NCBI GenBank assembly: GCA_013239625.1
Contig: MU054187.1
Coordinates: forward strand, 6,087,757 to 6,151,756
Source: Lama guanicoe
Taxonomy: Eukaryota
DNA: 64,000 nt
Direction: 5' to 3'
The first letter of the stretch is position 1. Each line of letters starts with the position of its first letter. The notes below the pieces were generated by a model that was not told the origin of the DNA, made no database searches, and saw only the letters and a program-made list of their open reading frames with translations. Both the position numbers and the translations under genes were made by a program. Below are positions 1-12,244 of the stretch, piece after piece.

Positions 1-2054
1 TACTTCTTGACTTATACACTTATTCACTTATTCACTGAATTTTGAATTCTTCTGTCCCAGGAACTGTGCTGGAGCTAAGGCTGCATAGAAAACCGGGCCT
101 CACCCGTAAGGAACTCTGGTCTCATTGCCAGGAGATGGACGTTGGACTGACGCATTTTTCCCCTTTATTACTTCTGACTCTGTTTCTCTCCCTCTCTCTT
201 CGACGTAAAAGTGCACTGGAACTGGGTTTCCAGGGAAGTTTTTTGTGGTGGTGCCTCCTCTTTGTTTTAGAAAATTTATTATTAATTTTCCCTTGGTAAG
301 CTGCAAAACGTGCTCTCCCGTAACACTTACTTTACCACCTGTTGAATGTTAGTGTGATCTTAAATGGCAAACGGTAGAAAAATCCCAGTAAACCGTGATC
401 CACAGGAAGTGTTGGGCCTCTAATAAGAGATTTGGAGTCTTCCTTTTTGTGAGCTGGGATTTTATCCTACAGAATTTATAAGCAAACAGATTTAGGTTTT
501 AAGTTCTAGCACTCCCAAGATATCTTTCTGTTATAAATGTTGGTGTTTGTGCCCTAGATCTAGGAGAAGTAAATTAATGCACAGATTATTCTGAGTGCTG
601 TTCAGAAATGCGTATTGATCTTCCATCATGGGTGCAGCCCTGAGCTTGGCTAGCACAGTGTGGTTTTAGAGCTGCAGGGCACAGGGCTTGTTCTTAGTGA
701 ACGTCTACTCAGTTTGGGGAAACATGCCCGGCATGTGGAAGTACAAAGCGACAGGTGTCCAGAGGCAGAGGCAGCCCCTGTGGATGAGGCTGCTTGGCGT
801 TTGGCTAGGACTCAGCCAGGGCTGTGAGCCGAGGGCATTTCTGGTTGGGGGATGGTTTGTTAAAGGGTGCATGGGACGTTGAATTTGCTGCAGGGCAGGG
901 CCGGTGGTGGAGTTCTGGTGTTCTGTTTTAAAGAATTTGGGCTTCACTGGGGAGCCAGTGGTAGTGACTCGACAGTGCGTGCTGGTTAGGGAGCCAGAAC
1001 CTGAATTGTGAGCCTGTGGTCCAGGCCTGTGAGGACGTTTTGGACCAGGGCTTGGGGAATGGGAACAGAAAGGACTGAAACTACGGGGAAGTAAAAGGGT
1101 TGGATCAGGAAAGAGCCTTTTTGGGAATCCCAGTGGAGAGGCATTGAGATCAGGGACTCAGAAGCTTCAGCCTTGCTCAGGCTGGAAAGTGGAGGTCAGG
1201 AAGGCCTCCTGGGGACCTCAGGGCACAGGACACATTGGACTTCCGGGAAAGCTGCCCTCAGAGGTATGGCACCCTTAGAGATTCTCAGGAGGACCCCCGA
1301 GGTCAGTGGAAGCCACACGGGCCTCAGCCACCTGACCTGCGCTGCCTGGGAGAGAGTACCCCGCAGTGTGACGGGGAGGTGGGAAGGGCCATTTCTGAGG
1401 TGCTGGGGCCTTGGGCCAGCCTGGGTGGCTTCCAGGGCAGAAATGAACGTGACCTAGTTTCCTGGGATGGTTCTTTTCTTGTTCCTCGGCAGTTTCTTAT
1501 TAAACACGGGGTCTTTTCAGAGCAGTGCCCCGCAGACTTCTTGCCCCAGCATCATCTCTCCTCCCCGGAGGACACAGTTTGAAGATGGCCTCCCCTCCCC
1601 CAGCTACCACCTGTAATCCGACCCCTGGATGGGAATTGCTGATCTCCTTCAGCATTCCCTAGTTTTAAGACTGCGGATTTCTTGACAGGCATTTCAGAGG
1701 ACATGTATGAATACGTGGAACCTGAGTCCTGAACCCTGGTTGTGGGGGTGAAGGTGGGGTGGGCCAGATGTGCTGTGCCTGGTAGACACTGGGGGACACC
1801 AAGTGTTCCTCCCTTTTCCTCCGGCTCCATCTTCTCAAGTGAACCTTTGTAGACAAACTTGGAACTATTTAAGGGGTGTCACAAATACATTGGAGGTGTT
1901 TCTATTATGTAAGTTCAATCGCATTTTTAAACATTTTGCTCAAGGAATTTGCTTTCTTTTTTCTGCTCAACTTTACATCCTCTTCGAATTTCAAAGCAGT
2001 CAGTTTTGAAAAGTAATACTAGGAAGATGAAAAGTTTTGAGAAGACGAGACTTT

Positions 2055-2250
2055 GAGATCAGAAAGGTATTGGCTCCACTGTTTATTAGCTGGCTGACCT
2101 TAGGCAACTTAACCTCTCTGAACCTCAGAGTCTTCACCTGCCGAATAGGAAAAATAGGACCCATCTTAACGGTGGTTGGCATTAAGTAGGGGAATATACT
2201 CACGTCAGGTGAACGCCAGTCTGGCCTGGTGTATACTCATATGTGAATTC
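2055..2250 (+). mobile_element. MIR SINE
   Basis: tgaccttaggcaacttaacctctctgaacctcag...cacctg core. Confidence 0.75.
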
Positions 2251-3012
2251 TCCCCTGGGTTTTAGTTTCTGATCTCCTGCAGTGCAAACCTTACTTTATA
2301 GCCAGTGTCATTTCACATGTACTAAATGTAAAATTATTTTAAGGAGCAGGTTACATATTATAAAATACAGCCTTAGTTTTGAAGCACTGAATTTGATTTG
2401 TGCAAGTATTACGCCGCTTTTAGCGCACGTTGCCGAGGGCGATGAGGCTGAGATGGGTAGTTCAGAAAGCCATCACGTAACCCTAACACCCTTCTCCCTG
2501 GGACCGGCTCACGTTCTGCTCTGGCACATCATCTGTCTAATCGTGCTTTGCTTATGAGCTACCGAAATCGTTTTGCATCACACATGTGAGGGGATGGTGG
2601 TTCAAAGCCAATGCCGTGTAGCAGGGAAACGACCCGATCAGGGTGGACTGTTGGTGTCATTTGCTGAATTGCCACATTCTGGTAAGCTTGTTGACTTTCT
2701 TGAGTTTTTTTACTTTTTAAAAAATAGGAGGTAGGCTTTTTAGATGTTTCCTGGGCAGCGAGCAGATAATTTCTAAATTATATCATGTGTTTAAGTATCT
2801 TCGAAGGTAAGTTTAACTTTGTATTGAAGAGTCAGCAAAGGGAAATATTAGAACAGAGGCCAGAGTTCGTCAGGCCATAGATTCGGTTCACTGTGTGGAC
2901 ACAGTCTCTCTTGTGGAGGCTCCTGACCTGCCTGGTGATTTGATAAAATTTATAGGGAAGGAAACAAACCTACCTTCGTTTGTTTTCAGTGGCTGATTAG
3001 GCCAGTGGTTTC

Positions 3013-3042
3013 CTGTCTGTCTGTCTGTCTGCCTGTCTATCT
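3013..3042. repeat. (TGTC)n microsatellite
   Basis: ctgtctgtctgtctgtctgcctgtctatct, adjacent to the L1 tail. Confidence 0.85.
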
Positions 3043-3064
3043 GTGATTATGTAATTTATTTATA

Positions 3065-3790
3065 TGTCTATTTTCTCTTTGAGTTTTATTGAGATATAAT
3101 TGACATCCAGCACTATGTAAAATACATAGATAATGATTTCATTTACACATATCAGGAAGTGATGGTCACAGTAAGATTAGTGAACACCCATCATCTAAGT
3201 ACAAAATTAAAGACTTAGAAAAAAATTGTTTCCCTTGTGATGGGTGCTCTTAGGATCTGCTCTCTGAACAGCTTTCATGCATAACCTGCAGCAGCGTTCA
3301 TTATCCTTATCACGTGGTCCATCGCACCCCTGATTCTTATGTGTCTTATAACTGAAAGTTTGTACCTTTTGACTGCCGTCTTCCAGCCCCCCTCCCCCAC
3401 CCCCGCCGCTGGTAGCCACAGATCCGATCCCTTTTTTGTGAATTTGTGTATTCTCGAGGTGTAATTGGCCTCCATCACTATGTTAGTTCCTGTCACACAA
3501 CATGGTGATTTGCTGTTTCTATACATCTCACACTGACCATCCCAGTAAGTCTTGTTACCATATGTCACCACTCAGAGATAGTGCGTAACTGCTGACTGTG
3601 TTCCCCACACTGTACGTTTCATCCCCGAGACTCATTTCTTTCGTAACTGAAAGTGTGTACCTCTTCATCTCCCTCACCTATTTCTCTCCTCCCTCCACCC
3701 CCTCCTCTCTGGAAACCACCTGCTCGCTGTTTGCATCTACAACTGTTCATCCACATATAAGTGAAATCATACAGTATCTGTCTTTCTCTG
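3065..3790 (-). mobile_element. L1 3' end fragment (L1MA9-like) with internally duplicated 3'UTR
   Basis: Starts ttttattgagatataattgaca; carries two similar blocks (taactgaaagtttgtacct / taactgaaagtgtgtacct); ends in catataagtgaaatcatacagtat, typical of an antisense L1 3'UTR. Subfamily assigned from memory. Confidence 0.8.
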
Positions 3791-4208
3791 CATCTCAGAC
3801 CCTTTTGTGCTCTGAAATTAAACATTGTAGGGGACTCCAAAAGCCCTTTGTTTATGTGGATTATATGTGTTGATAGTTATTGTCTCAGAAATTAAAACTG
3901 AGGACAGTTTGAAATATTTGTTACTCATTTTTAAAATGAGTAAAAATTATAAACATTATGTTTTAACATAAATCACATTTTTAACTGAAAATCAGCAGTT
4001 TTCCAAATTAAAAATAAGTTAGTTTTACATTTCCTGAAATGTGGGGTGCTAACATCTGCTTCTGCAGACAGCCCACATGCAAATCATGAGCCTTTGGCCG
4101 AGTCCACTTATGTCAGAGAGAACGTGAGTGAAAGGCAGGTAGCATCTCAGTGTCTTTAGAAAAAGGTTCTGACCTGCCAGACCCCCAGTCCCGCTTTAAG
4201 AACCAGCA
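3791..4208. mobile_element. hAT-Charlie-class DNA transposon fossil
   Basis: AT-rich body with aaagccctttgtttatgtggattata...agaaattaaaactgag and a terminus ctttaagaaccagcag resembling a Charlie TIR. A probable opposite end, cagtggtttc, lies at 3003. Confidence 0.6.
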
Positions 4209-6572
4209 GCACGAAGGGAAGAACGCAGGCCTTGGGGTTTGCCGCTTCCGCACCACCAACTGGTTCCCGGCCCCGCGACCTCCCGGTTCCCGCCTCCCCT
4301 CAGGCCCGATTGCGTTATCTCTAAAATGAGGCTGATACACCTTCCTGGTGAGGGGCATGGAGAGATTAGCACTAGCGTCTCTTAGTGTTTAACAGGGTGT
4401 CAGACACCTGGTGGGGACTCAAAAGCAATAGTGTCATGGGGCAGGGGTTTAGAATTGCTTGTTGCAGGGTTCAGACAATAATGTCAAACTCTCATTCAGT
4501 GTTAAGTACTGTCAGAGTGGTTTGACTTCCTTCCCTTGGTTTCTGGAGCAGTTAGCAAAGACTGAGGGCCTACGTGCTGCTCTCCGGGAGAGGCGCGGGC
4601 CCGCCTCTGCCCCGGGAGGACACCCGGAGATGAGCTCGCTTGCTTGGGACCAGCTCCTGCTCTGGTCTTGGGAGGGTGAGGCTGGGGCCCAGGAGGGAGT
4701 TCTGCTGAGGTGTGAAGCATCACTTGAGTTGAGAGGAGGATTAGTAAACTCGGGGGAGGAAAGAGCTTATGGCTTGGAAACCATGAGGATGATGAGAGTG
4801 AACCCCACGGCCCCGTACGTCCCTCAGCGTGGCTGGAAGGTGGGGCTGGGGCCTAGAAGTGGAGAGCTGCACCGTCCCCGCGGGACCTGGCCGGTCACGG
4901 CGTGCGAGCTGCTTAGACCAGCCCTGTGGCCACCGGGGCACCGAGAGGGTGAGGCAGCCAAGTGGACGCCGGTGAGGAGAACCCAGAAGGAAAGCGCAGA
5001 ACGTCGTTCTGTTCATTTGAAGAGCTTGTCTGACACTCAAAAGACTGATTCCGTGATGTCCTTTAGGTTACAGGCAAATCCCTGAGTTTCTGAATAATTC
5101 ACCCTGCTCAAGTCTACACAGGTGCAGATTCCTGGATTCCACTCTCGGGTGGATGAGTCCTGGTGGGATTTTTAGGATCTACAACATGTGTCCTTAGAAT
5201 AAATTTATTTTCGATACACTTGTGTCCCTTTAATTCATTTGATCCTGCAATAGAGTCATGGTGAAGGAGAACAGAAGCAGAAAACAGTTTTAGAGGACCA
5301 CTCAAATTGAGGTGATGGGTAATGTGTTTGGTCCTAATTTTCCCCTAGGAAATTAAAAATAAAAAAAAAGACCCAGAAGAATCAGTGGTGCAACTTCCAG
5401 TTCTCTGTCTTTCGGGGATGTGTTATGAATATCTTTTAAGAAATAGCCTTTCTGGGAAAACCTTTTCCTGATAAATCTCAAGTATTCTACTGAAACCCTC
5501 TTGGTTCACCCAGTAAATACAGAATTCCAGGCATGAACAGAGTAATTGGCAACTCCTAGATATATTTATGGAAAAAGTGGGCAGGCTTCTTAAGCCTTTC
5601 TTGTGCAAATTGCGATCGGAAGTAGAGAAAAGAGCCTTTTTAATTGAGAGAAGATGTATCTCTGTGAATACCACTCTGGACTGACTTCACTTTCACACCT
5701 CTGCAGACGTCTGGTGGAGATGTGGAAGCAGACTGTCTCTGAAGAAAACCCAGCTTTGACCTAAGTGGCAGGAAGGGGCTGTGCCCATTGAGCCTGGACC
5801 AGAGACAGGCCCCGTGGGTAGACCTGATTGGAGCTGGCCTCCCTCCAGCGCAGACAGGAAGTCAGAGGAGTCACCACGTCCCCGCGTGCTGGTCCTCAGG
5901 ACCCCTTAGGTTAAGGCCATCCATCCCTCCCTGATTGCTCTCCACTTTCCTGGTCGTTGGGGCGTTCCCAGCAGCCTCCTGTTTTTCATGAAGACTGAAG
6001 ATGTGTCAGTCACCTGCACCGCTGATTAACGAGCACCTCCCTGCCTTTTCCCGGAGCGGAGATGCTTTATCTGGAGGCCAGGGTGTCAGTTGGTTAAAAT
6101 GGAAAATACCAAGTGAGGAGCAGAGCTGAGAAAAACGTTCTCTTCCATGTGTCCTTTCACCCCGCAGTCTGAAAGTGTGAAATGAGCCGAACACTAAATG
6201 GTCGCCTTGCATCTTAGTGGCTTTTACTTTCTAAGAGTATTGTTTTCTGTGACTGTCAAAACTGTTGTCGGTAACAAGAACGTAGTTTTAAAATTTGCTT
6301 TCAAAAGTTGCATGTTAACCATCTGCTAAGTGTCCCAGGTAGCCAGTGGACTTCCTTAACTTTTAAGAAACCACTTTTAGGTGCTGCTTTTTAATCCTTT
6401 ACCTTGGTTGTCTTTACTCAGCTCCATTAAAGAAACACTGAAGGTCTGTTATGTGCCACACGCTGCGTTCTAGCCGGAGCTCGGTGATGCATGGAGGGCG
6501 GGGGCGGGAAGGTCCTGTACTAGGGCGTAATCTCCTGGCCGTCGTTTCTTCGTGGACTACTGAGGTCTCCAC

Positions 6573-6890
6573 CACTGCTGTCCAGCTGACATAATTGCAG
6601 CCACAAACGCCAGCCGCACGTGTTATTTTAAATTTCCTAGTAGCCACATTAAAAAAAAATACTAGTATGATGTATTAATATATTTAATTAACCCAGTAGA
6701 TCCAGGGTATTACTCCAACACGTAATTGGAATAAAAAATTACCAGCAAGATGTTTTACACAAGTATTTGAGATCCAGCATGTATTTTGCAGGTAGAGTCC
6801 ATCTCATTTCAGTGCAGCTGTGCCTGCATCTCCATGAGGCAGAGTGATCTCCCCACGTGGCTGGCGGCTGCCTCACTTGAACAAGGCAGG
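6573..6890 (+). mobile_element. MER33 (hAT-Charlie MITE)
   Basis: ctgtcca...ttttaaatttcctagtagccacattaaaaaa...tttaattaaccca...cgtggctggcggct follows the MER33 consensus as I recall it. Confidence 0.8.
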
Positions 6891-7092
6891 GCTGCACTTT
6901 CCACAGGGGTTGCTTCAAATCCTTTTGGAAACAAGGTCAAAGCATAAATCAGTTTGATGCACATAAATAAATCGAAAATTGTTTAGTCTAATGATGACAG
7001 TCAGCCTCCAACACGGGTGTTAGCACCCCCATTATCAGGTTGGGAAAGTAGGATTTTTTTAAGGTATCACCAATACGTGTGTTGTTGGAGGG

Positions 7093-7112
7093 GTGTGTGT
7101 GTGTGTGTGTGT
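7093..7112. repeat. (GT)n microsatellite
   Basis: About 10 consecutive GT units. Confidence 0.9.
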
Positions 7113-8961
7113 ATCAGTATCAGTTCCTAAACAGATAGATTATTGAAGTGAAATCTCATTCGTTTGGATTTCAAAGAAGACTGAATGTCTTTCTACTTTC
7201 CTGTAGGGGGAAGAAAGTAACGTTTTTCTCAGAAAGGTGGATTACAACCATTTTCAAGATTTCAGTTTCAAGTGGTTTTTGGATACTTTTGGTAGTGTGC
7301 CTCTCTGTCTCTAACACTTGTCTCTTGATGAAATTGGTTCTCCAAGGATGAGGGAGAAAGCCTTCATTTTTATTATTACACATGTCGTGCCCCACCCCCC
7401 GGCTCTTTTTCCTTTCACTCTTTTCTCTCCTGCTCTTTCTTTGTTTTATCAGTCATTCAGGAAAGGCAGAGCAATAGTTGGCTGGAGGAGAGCTGGGAAA
7501 TGGGTCAGGGGGACAATTAGGGGAAAAGCATTACTAGACCTCACTTGGAGAATTTACCTTACTCTTGACATCTTAATATTGGTCTCCATTCTCTGTAGTT
7601 ACAGCTGTCAATCTGTGGATAATCTCAAAGTAACCACGGGGAGATGGCCCTCGGTCTTCCTTTGTTACTGAATGCAGCTTTATCAGCGAAGGAAGTCAAT
7701 AGCAAACTTGAATTTGTGCTTAGCCTTGCAAAACCTTAGTAGGTGATGGTGCATCACCTCGAGTGAGGTTTCATTTTTATTTTTTTTCACTTAGTGTAAA
7801 AACCAGAGAACCTTCTAGTGGCTGGGCTGTGGCACTGGGTCAGGGTTCTGGTGGAGAACTTAAAGGAAGTTGGCTAAATGCCAAGATGCTGGCACCATTT
7901 TAAAGAGTCAAAAGTCAACATTGATTCAGAGGCGCTCATGATTCTGCTTGCCTGTTTCCTGGTTTGGGTTGCCCAGTGAGAGTGACAGTCTGGTGTGGCC
8001 TGAGGGCATTTCCTTGCGGCTTATTTCAGTGATTGAATCAAAGTCAGCACCCAGGCAGTTATCTGAAGGACACATGCAGTTTGATGCCCATCCTCAAAGA
8101 CCATGATTATTTCTGATCTGTTTTGTAGCATAATTTGGTCTGTTCTCCTCCCCTGCCTTGTGTGTTTAACTCTAGATAATTCTGTACCACGGATTTCAAG
8201 ATAATTCTTAGACTTGAATGCTAACTGGGTGAAAGGAAAAATAATTGTTTTAAGCCATAAGTCAGAGGTATTAATCCCCAGAGCATTTTGTTTTTTTGGT
8301 TTGCTCTGGCTCTGGGCATAAAGAGTTGGAGAATATTGAAGGAGGTGCAGGTGGCAGTGTTGGAAACTTTGTTCAAAGTTTCTCAGCTGATGCTACCTTG
8401 TGCCGTCCTGTCTTCCTGGACTGGCTGGACAGGTGCGCAGTGTTGGTGTAAGAATCCCGTCCTCGTCCGTTTGGTGGGCCGTGGGGTCCCCGCCTCTTGC
8501 TGACCGTAGGGGTCATGACAAACCACAGCAGGGTGGATTTCTCTGCTAGTGAATAGGCAAGGACTTTCAGATCATCCTTCATCCAAAATTTTTTTAAAAA
8601 GTTCTATTTCTGGACATACTTTCAAATGAAGGGACAGTATATAGACTTAAAGTTCTTACTGCATGTAGGAATATTTGAAATTAAAGTTCAGTTTTTAGGT
8701 CATGCTCCTACATGGACTCTTTGAGCCTGAGCATTCTCTTTAATTTAGAAAAAAAAATCATATAAAATTGTGGAATTATTCAGAGTTATGATGTGTTTAT
8801 TTTCAGAAACACCTGTTAATGTCAAAAATACCTTAAAATGTCAGTGTGAAGAGATGGTCAAACTTCAATACCACAATGGAGGTTGCTGGAAATGGACATG
8901 GGGGACCAATGGAAAATTTACCTTAATCTTGACTTTTTAAAAAAAATGATGGGACATCATC

Positions 8962-9099
8962 TTTTTTTGAGGGGATGAAGTCACATTCATTCATTCATTC
9001 GTTTATTTATTTATTTATTTAGTGGAGGTACTGGGGATGGAACCTAGGACCTCGCACATGCTGAGCATGTGTTCTACCACTGAGCTATACCCGCCCCCC
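8962..9099 (-). mobile_element. tRNA-Ala-derived SINE (camelid Vic-1-like)
   Basis: Reverse complement reads gggtatagctcagtggtagaacacatgctcagcatgtgcgaggtcctaggttccatccccagtacctccac, then (TAAA)n/(TGAA)n and an A tail. A short ttgac duplication lies at 8929-8933 and 9105-9109. Confidence 0.85.
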
Positions 9100-10114
9100 A
9101 CCCTTTGACATGTTAGTGTTACTCTCCCTTCTCTGTAGTTAGAGCTGTAAATCTACAGATAATCTGTAAGGAGCCACAGGCAGCCAGGGGACGGGGGGCC
9201 ATTACTGAGTATGATGTGCTGATGTTGCTTCAAACTGAAGCAATCACTGAAGTGACTCCATTTCTGGCTGCTCTGACATTGCAAAGACATCTTCACAAAG
9301 GAAAGCTGATAAAATGCATAAAGGCATTCCTTGGATTAAAGGCGATAAGTGGGAGTTCTTTAGGGGAAACGTCTGATGATTTGGTAAAAAGTTAGGTAGA
9401 GTTTTATTTATTTCAGCTGTTCCTCTGAATGTTTTCCCTTCTCACTCTAACTGGTTTCCCCCGCACTGTGGGGATGTTACTGGGGCACACTCACCCTTCC
9501 TGCTGGGGTCAGATGCCACAGTGGCTCTTGTGCTCAGTGTCTTAAGTAACTCGACTCAATCTGGTGTCCCTCTTACTTTGAAACGATGATAGAAGACTTG
9601 GCTTAAGGAAGGAAATAGTCCAGGGTCTGATTCTGCAAAAGGTCTGTCCTTAGAGCCGAGCTTAAAGCTCACAGCTTTAGTTTTTGCAAGAAAGTTAAAA
9701 ACTAGTATTTCCATAGAAGTAAGGTAATAAGAAATAAGCCTAGGGTGTCATTGGTGAAGTGGGTGCTGGTGGTGGTGGGGGAAACCAGTAAGAAACTGGT
9801 CATTTATAGAACAAAAGTAAGCCAAAGTATACGGTCAGTTTTAATCAGTTTCCCTCACTGAAGACTTGGGTGACAATCCTGCCTGTGCCACACCACATTA
9901 GATGCTAGAATAATAATTCATATCAAGTGTAAACTGAGTTCCAAGAATAAGTTACTGGGAAGAGGTGTCAGTTTACTGGTTTCATTTAGAGTTTCCCTCA
10001 TTTTCTAGACGCCTCACACCTGCTCTAGGGTCTAATGGTCCCCGCCAGGCTGTATGCCCCTCTGCTGGTAGGAGGTGGCTGGGGAGCTGGGGAGCGGTGC
10101 AGAGGTGTGAAGAC

Positions 10115-10320
10115 CGCGGGTGTGAATCTCGCTCTTCCAATTTTTTGCTTAACAAAACTTTTGACTTAACAAAAAATTGGATATTTAGCTTCCTAAACCT
10201 TAGTTTCCTGAAGATGATAACTGTACCAATTCCACAAGATTATTATGAGAAGTAAAGGAGATAATGGCAGTGCGTGGCATGCGGTAAGCCCCCAATGAGT
10301 GTTAAATATTTTATTACGAT
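10115..10320 (+). mobile_element. MIR SINE
   Basis: ttagcttcctaaaccttagtttcctg...gattattatgagaagtaaaggagataat...gtggcatgcggtaagccccaat. Confidence 0.65.
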
Positions 10321-11106
10321 TGTGAATGTGCTTGTTGAAATGAGCTCTTGGAATTTTTCTCCCATTTTCTACTCCTCCGCCTTGAAGTAGATAAACATTT
10401 CCTTATTTTGTAAAACAACGTTTTATCTCAATGCTTTAAAAACCAGTTTGTCAGATTCTCCATAAGGCTGACACAAATTCATAATATTTGCGGGAGGGGT
10501 GCCAAAAATTGTCCTCACACTACTGCTGTAACTCTTTTTAATCGAATCTCCAGGAAGTGGGATACTATATATAAAATATCAGCTTCTTTCTCAGTGTTTA
10601 ATTCCTTCCCAGTTTAAACCAAGGTGAAAGCCATCGCTGAGTTTTTAGTGACTACAGGCTGCAAAAGTGAAGTCAGCATCCTGTTTTGTGTTCCGAGGGA
10701 AGTTATCTGGTGTTCCCTCTAGCATCCAAGAGGTTAACCCACTGAACTCTGTATACACCTATATATAGTAAGTCTTGACTTGGTTAAATATAAATTTAAA
10801 CTTACAGCTGCTAACCACAGATGCAGCGATCGCTTCACCCTGTCGTTCTTGCCGACATCTTCCTGTGTTTTCACCGCGTGCTCGCACACACCTTGGGCTG
10901 AAATGTTGGATTTGTTTGGTGAGTGGGTTCCCGGGGAGTAGCACTGTCAGCAGTTTTGAACTCACTTGGTCTGTGAGGGTCGATCCACTTAACGATCTTT
11001 TTAATGTTTCTTAATCTTGATCTATTTTTTTTCTTTAAAAAGTGACTTCATATTTTAAAGTGAGACAGTCACAAAAGAAATAGAATGGTTTGCTGTAGTA
11101 TGATAT

Positions 11107-11299
11107 TTTTTTGAATTTTTATTTAAAAAAACTTTTTAAATTTTCTTTTTTGTATTGAAGTATAATCAGTTTGCAATGCTGTGTCAATTTCTGGTGTATA
11201 GCACAGTGCTTCAGTCATACATGAATATACATATATTTGTTTTCATATTCTTTTTTACCATAAGCTACTACAAGATACTGAATATAGTTCTCTGTGCTA
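11107..11299 (-). mobile_element. 5'-truncated lineage L1 3' end
   Basis: tattgaagtataatcagtttgcaatg...tttctggtgtatagcac...tgaatatagttctctgtgcta behind a T-rich tail; degenerate TSD tgctgtagtatgat / tgttgtagtttgat; homologous to 62299-62496. Confidence 0.8.
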
Positions 11300-11395
11300 T
11301 GTTGTAGTTTGATTTAGTAGCTAAATTGTTAAAATGTTGCCAAAGAAGGTGATTCACACTTCTGAGTATGTGAAGTCTGCAATTTTGGAAACAAA

Positions 11396-11482
11396 TTTTT
11401 TTTTTTGTTGGAGGTACTGAGGATTGAGTCCAGGGCCTCGTGTGCACTAAGCATGCGGTCTATCACAGGGCTGTACCCTCCT
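11396..11482 (-). mobile_element. tRNA-Ala-derived SINE
   Basis: Degenerate tRNA-Ala body with a T-run (poly-A tail on minus). Flanking tggaaacaaatttt / tggaaataattttt resembles a TSD. Confidence 0.8.
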
Positions 11483-12049
11483 CTGGAAATAATTTTTATG
11501 TAACTTGTAACACTGTTGCTGCTTTTTAAAGTTTGCTGTTTAGAGCTGTAGAGCTTCAGAGCTGGAAGAGGCTGGAGCCCGAGTCTTACTCTGTAGGGAA
11601 GATCATAGTTACATCTTTGCTCCAATTTGGATATAAGGGAAGGGCCCTTTGGCTTATCATCTGCAGAATTCATGCACTACAGTTCTTTACTTTTGAATAA
11701 AATTCTTGGTTGAGAAATGAGATTGAAATAAAATTAAATGGAAATATCTTATTATCTAATGTCCAGATAAAATATATTTCTCAAATGTCACGTGCAGTGT
11801 TTATATATATTACCTTATTAAACCGTAATCTACAATCTGTATAAAATGAAATGCTCCCTTTGTATTAGGGGAGAACTCCAGAGTGGTTGCAATCCAGGCC
11901 TGTCCTAGACTTTCATTTAATTCAAGGTTTAGGTGGGGAAAAAAAAAACCCTAAATATCCTTAGCTGTGTAGTGAAGTTTGTTAGAACATGTCTAGTGTT
12001 TTCCAAGTCATTTGTTCAAGAGTAATGTGTTTGTAGGGGACGTATAACC

Positions 12050-12244
12050 CGGTGCTGTCTGTGACCTTTGTGTGATGATGAGAATGTTCCCCATTTACTC
12101 CGCCCAGTACGGTGGCCACCGGCCACACAGGGTCCTGAGTGCCTGAAACGAGGGTTGTCGGACTGAGGAATGACACATTCATTGTAGTTCATTTAAATTT
12201 AAATAGCCATACGTGGCTACTGGCTTACATGTTGGACAGTTCAG
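12050..12244 (+). mobile_element. MER3 (hAT-Charlie MITE)
   Basis: gtgctgtc...tgtgatgatgagaatgttc...atttaaatttaaatagccatacgtggctactggct...ttggacag. Confidence 0.8.

Noticed and set aside
4459..5085. Longest ORF in the track (208 aa)
   Set aside because: It has a TTG start and no recognisable domain, and lies in GC-rich intron with repeat-like remnants; this is compatible with chance.
10054..10068. CTCF-like motif (reverse complement CCAGCAGAGGGGCA)
   Set aside because: It mismatches a core position, and similar partial matches occur elsewhere; it cannot be supported without a PWM scan or ChIP data.
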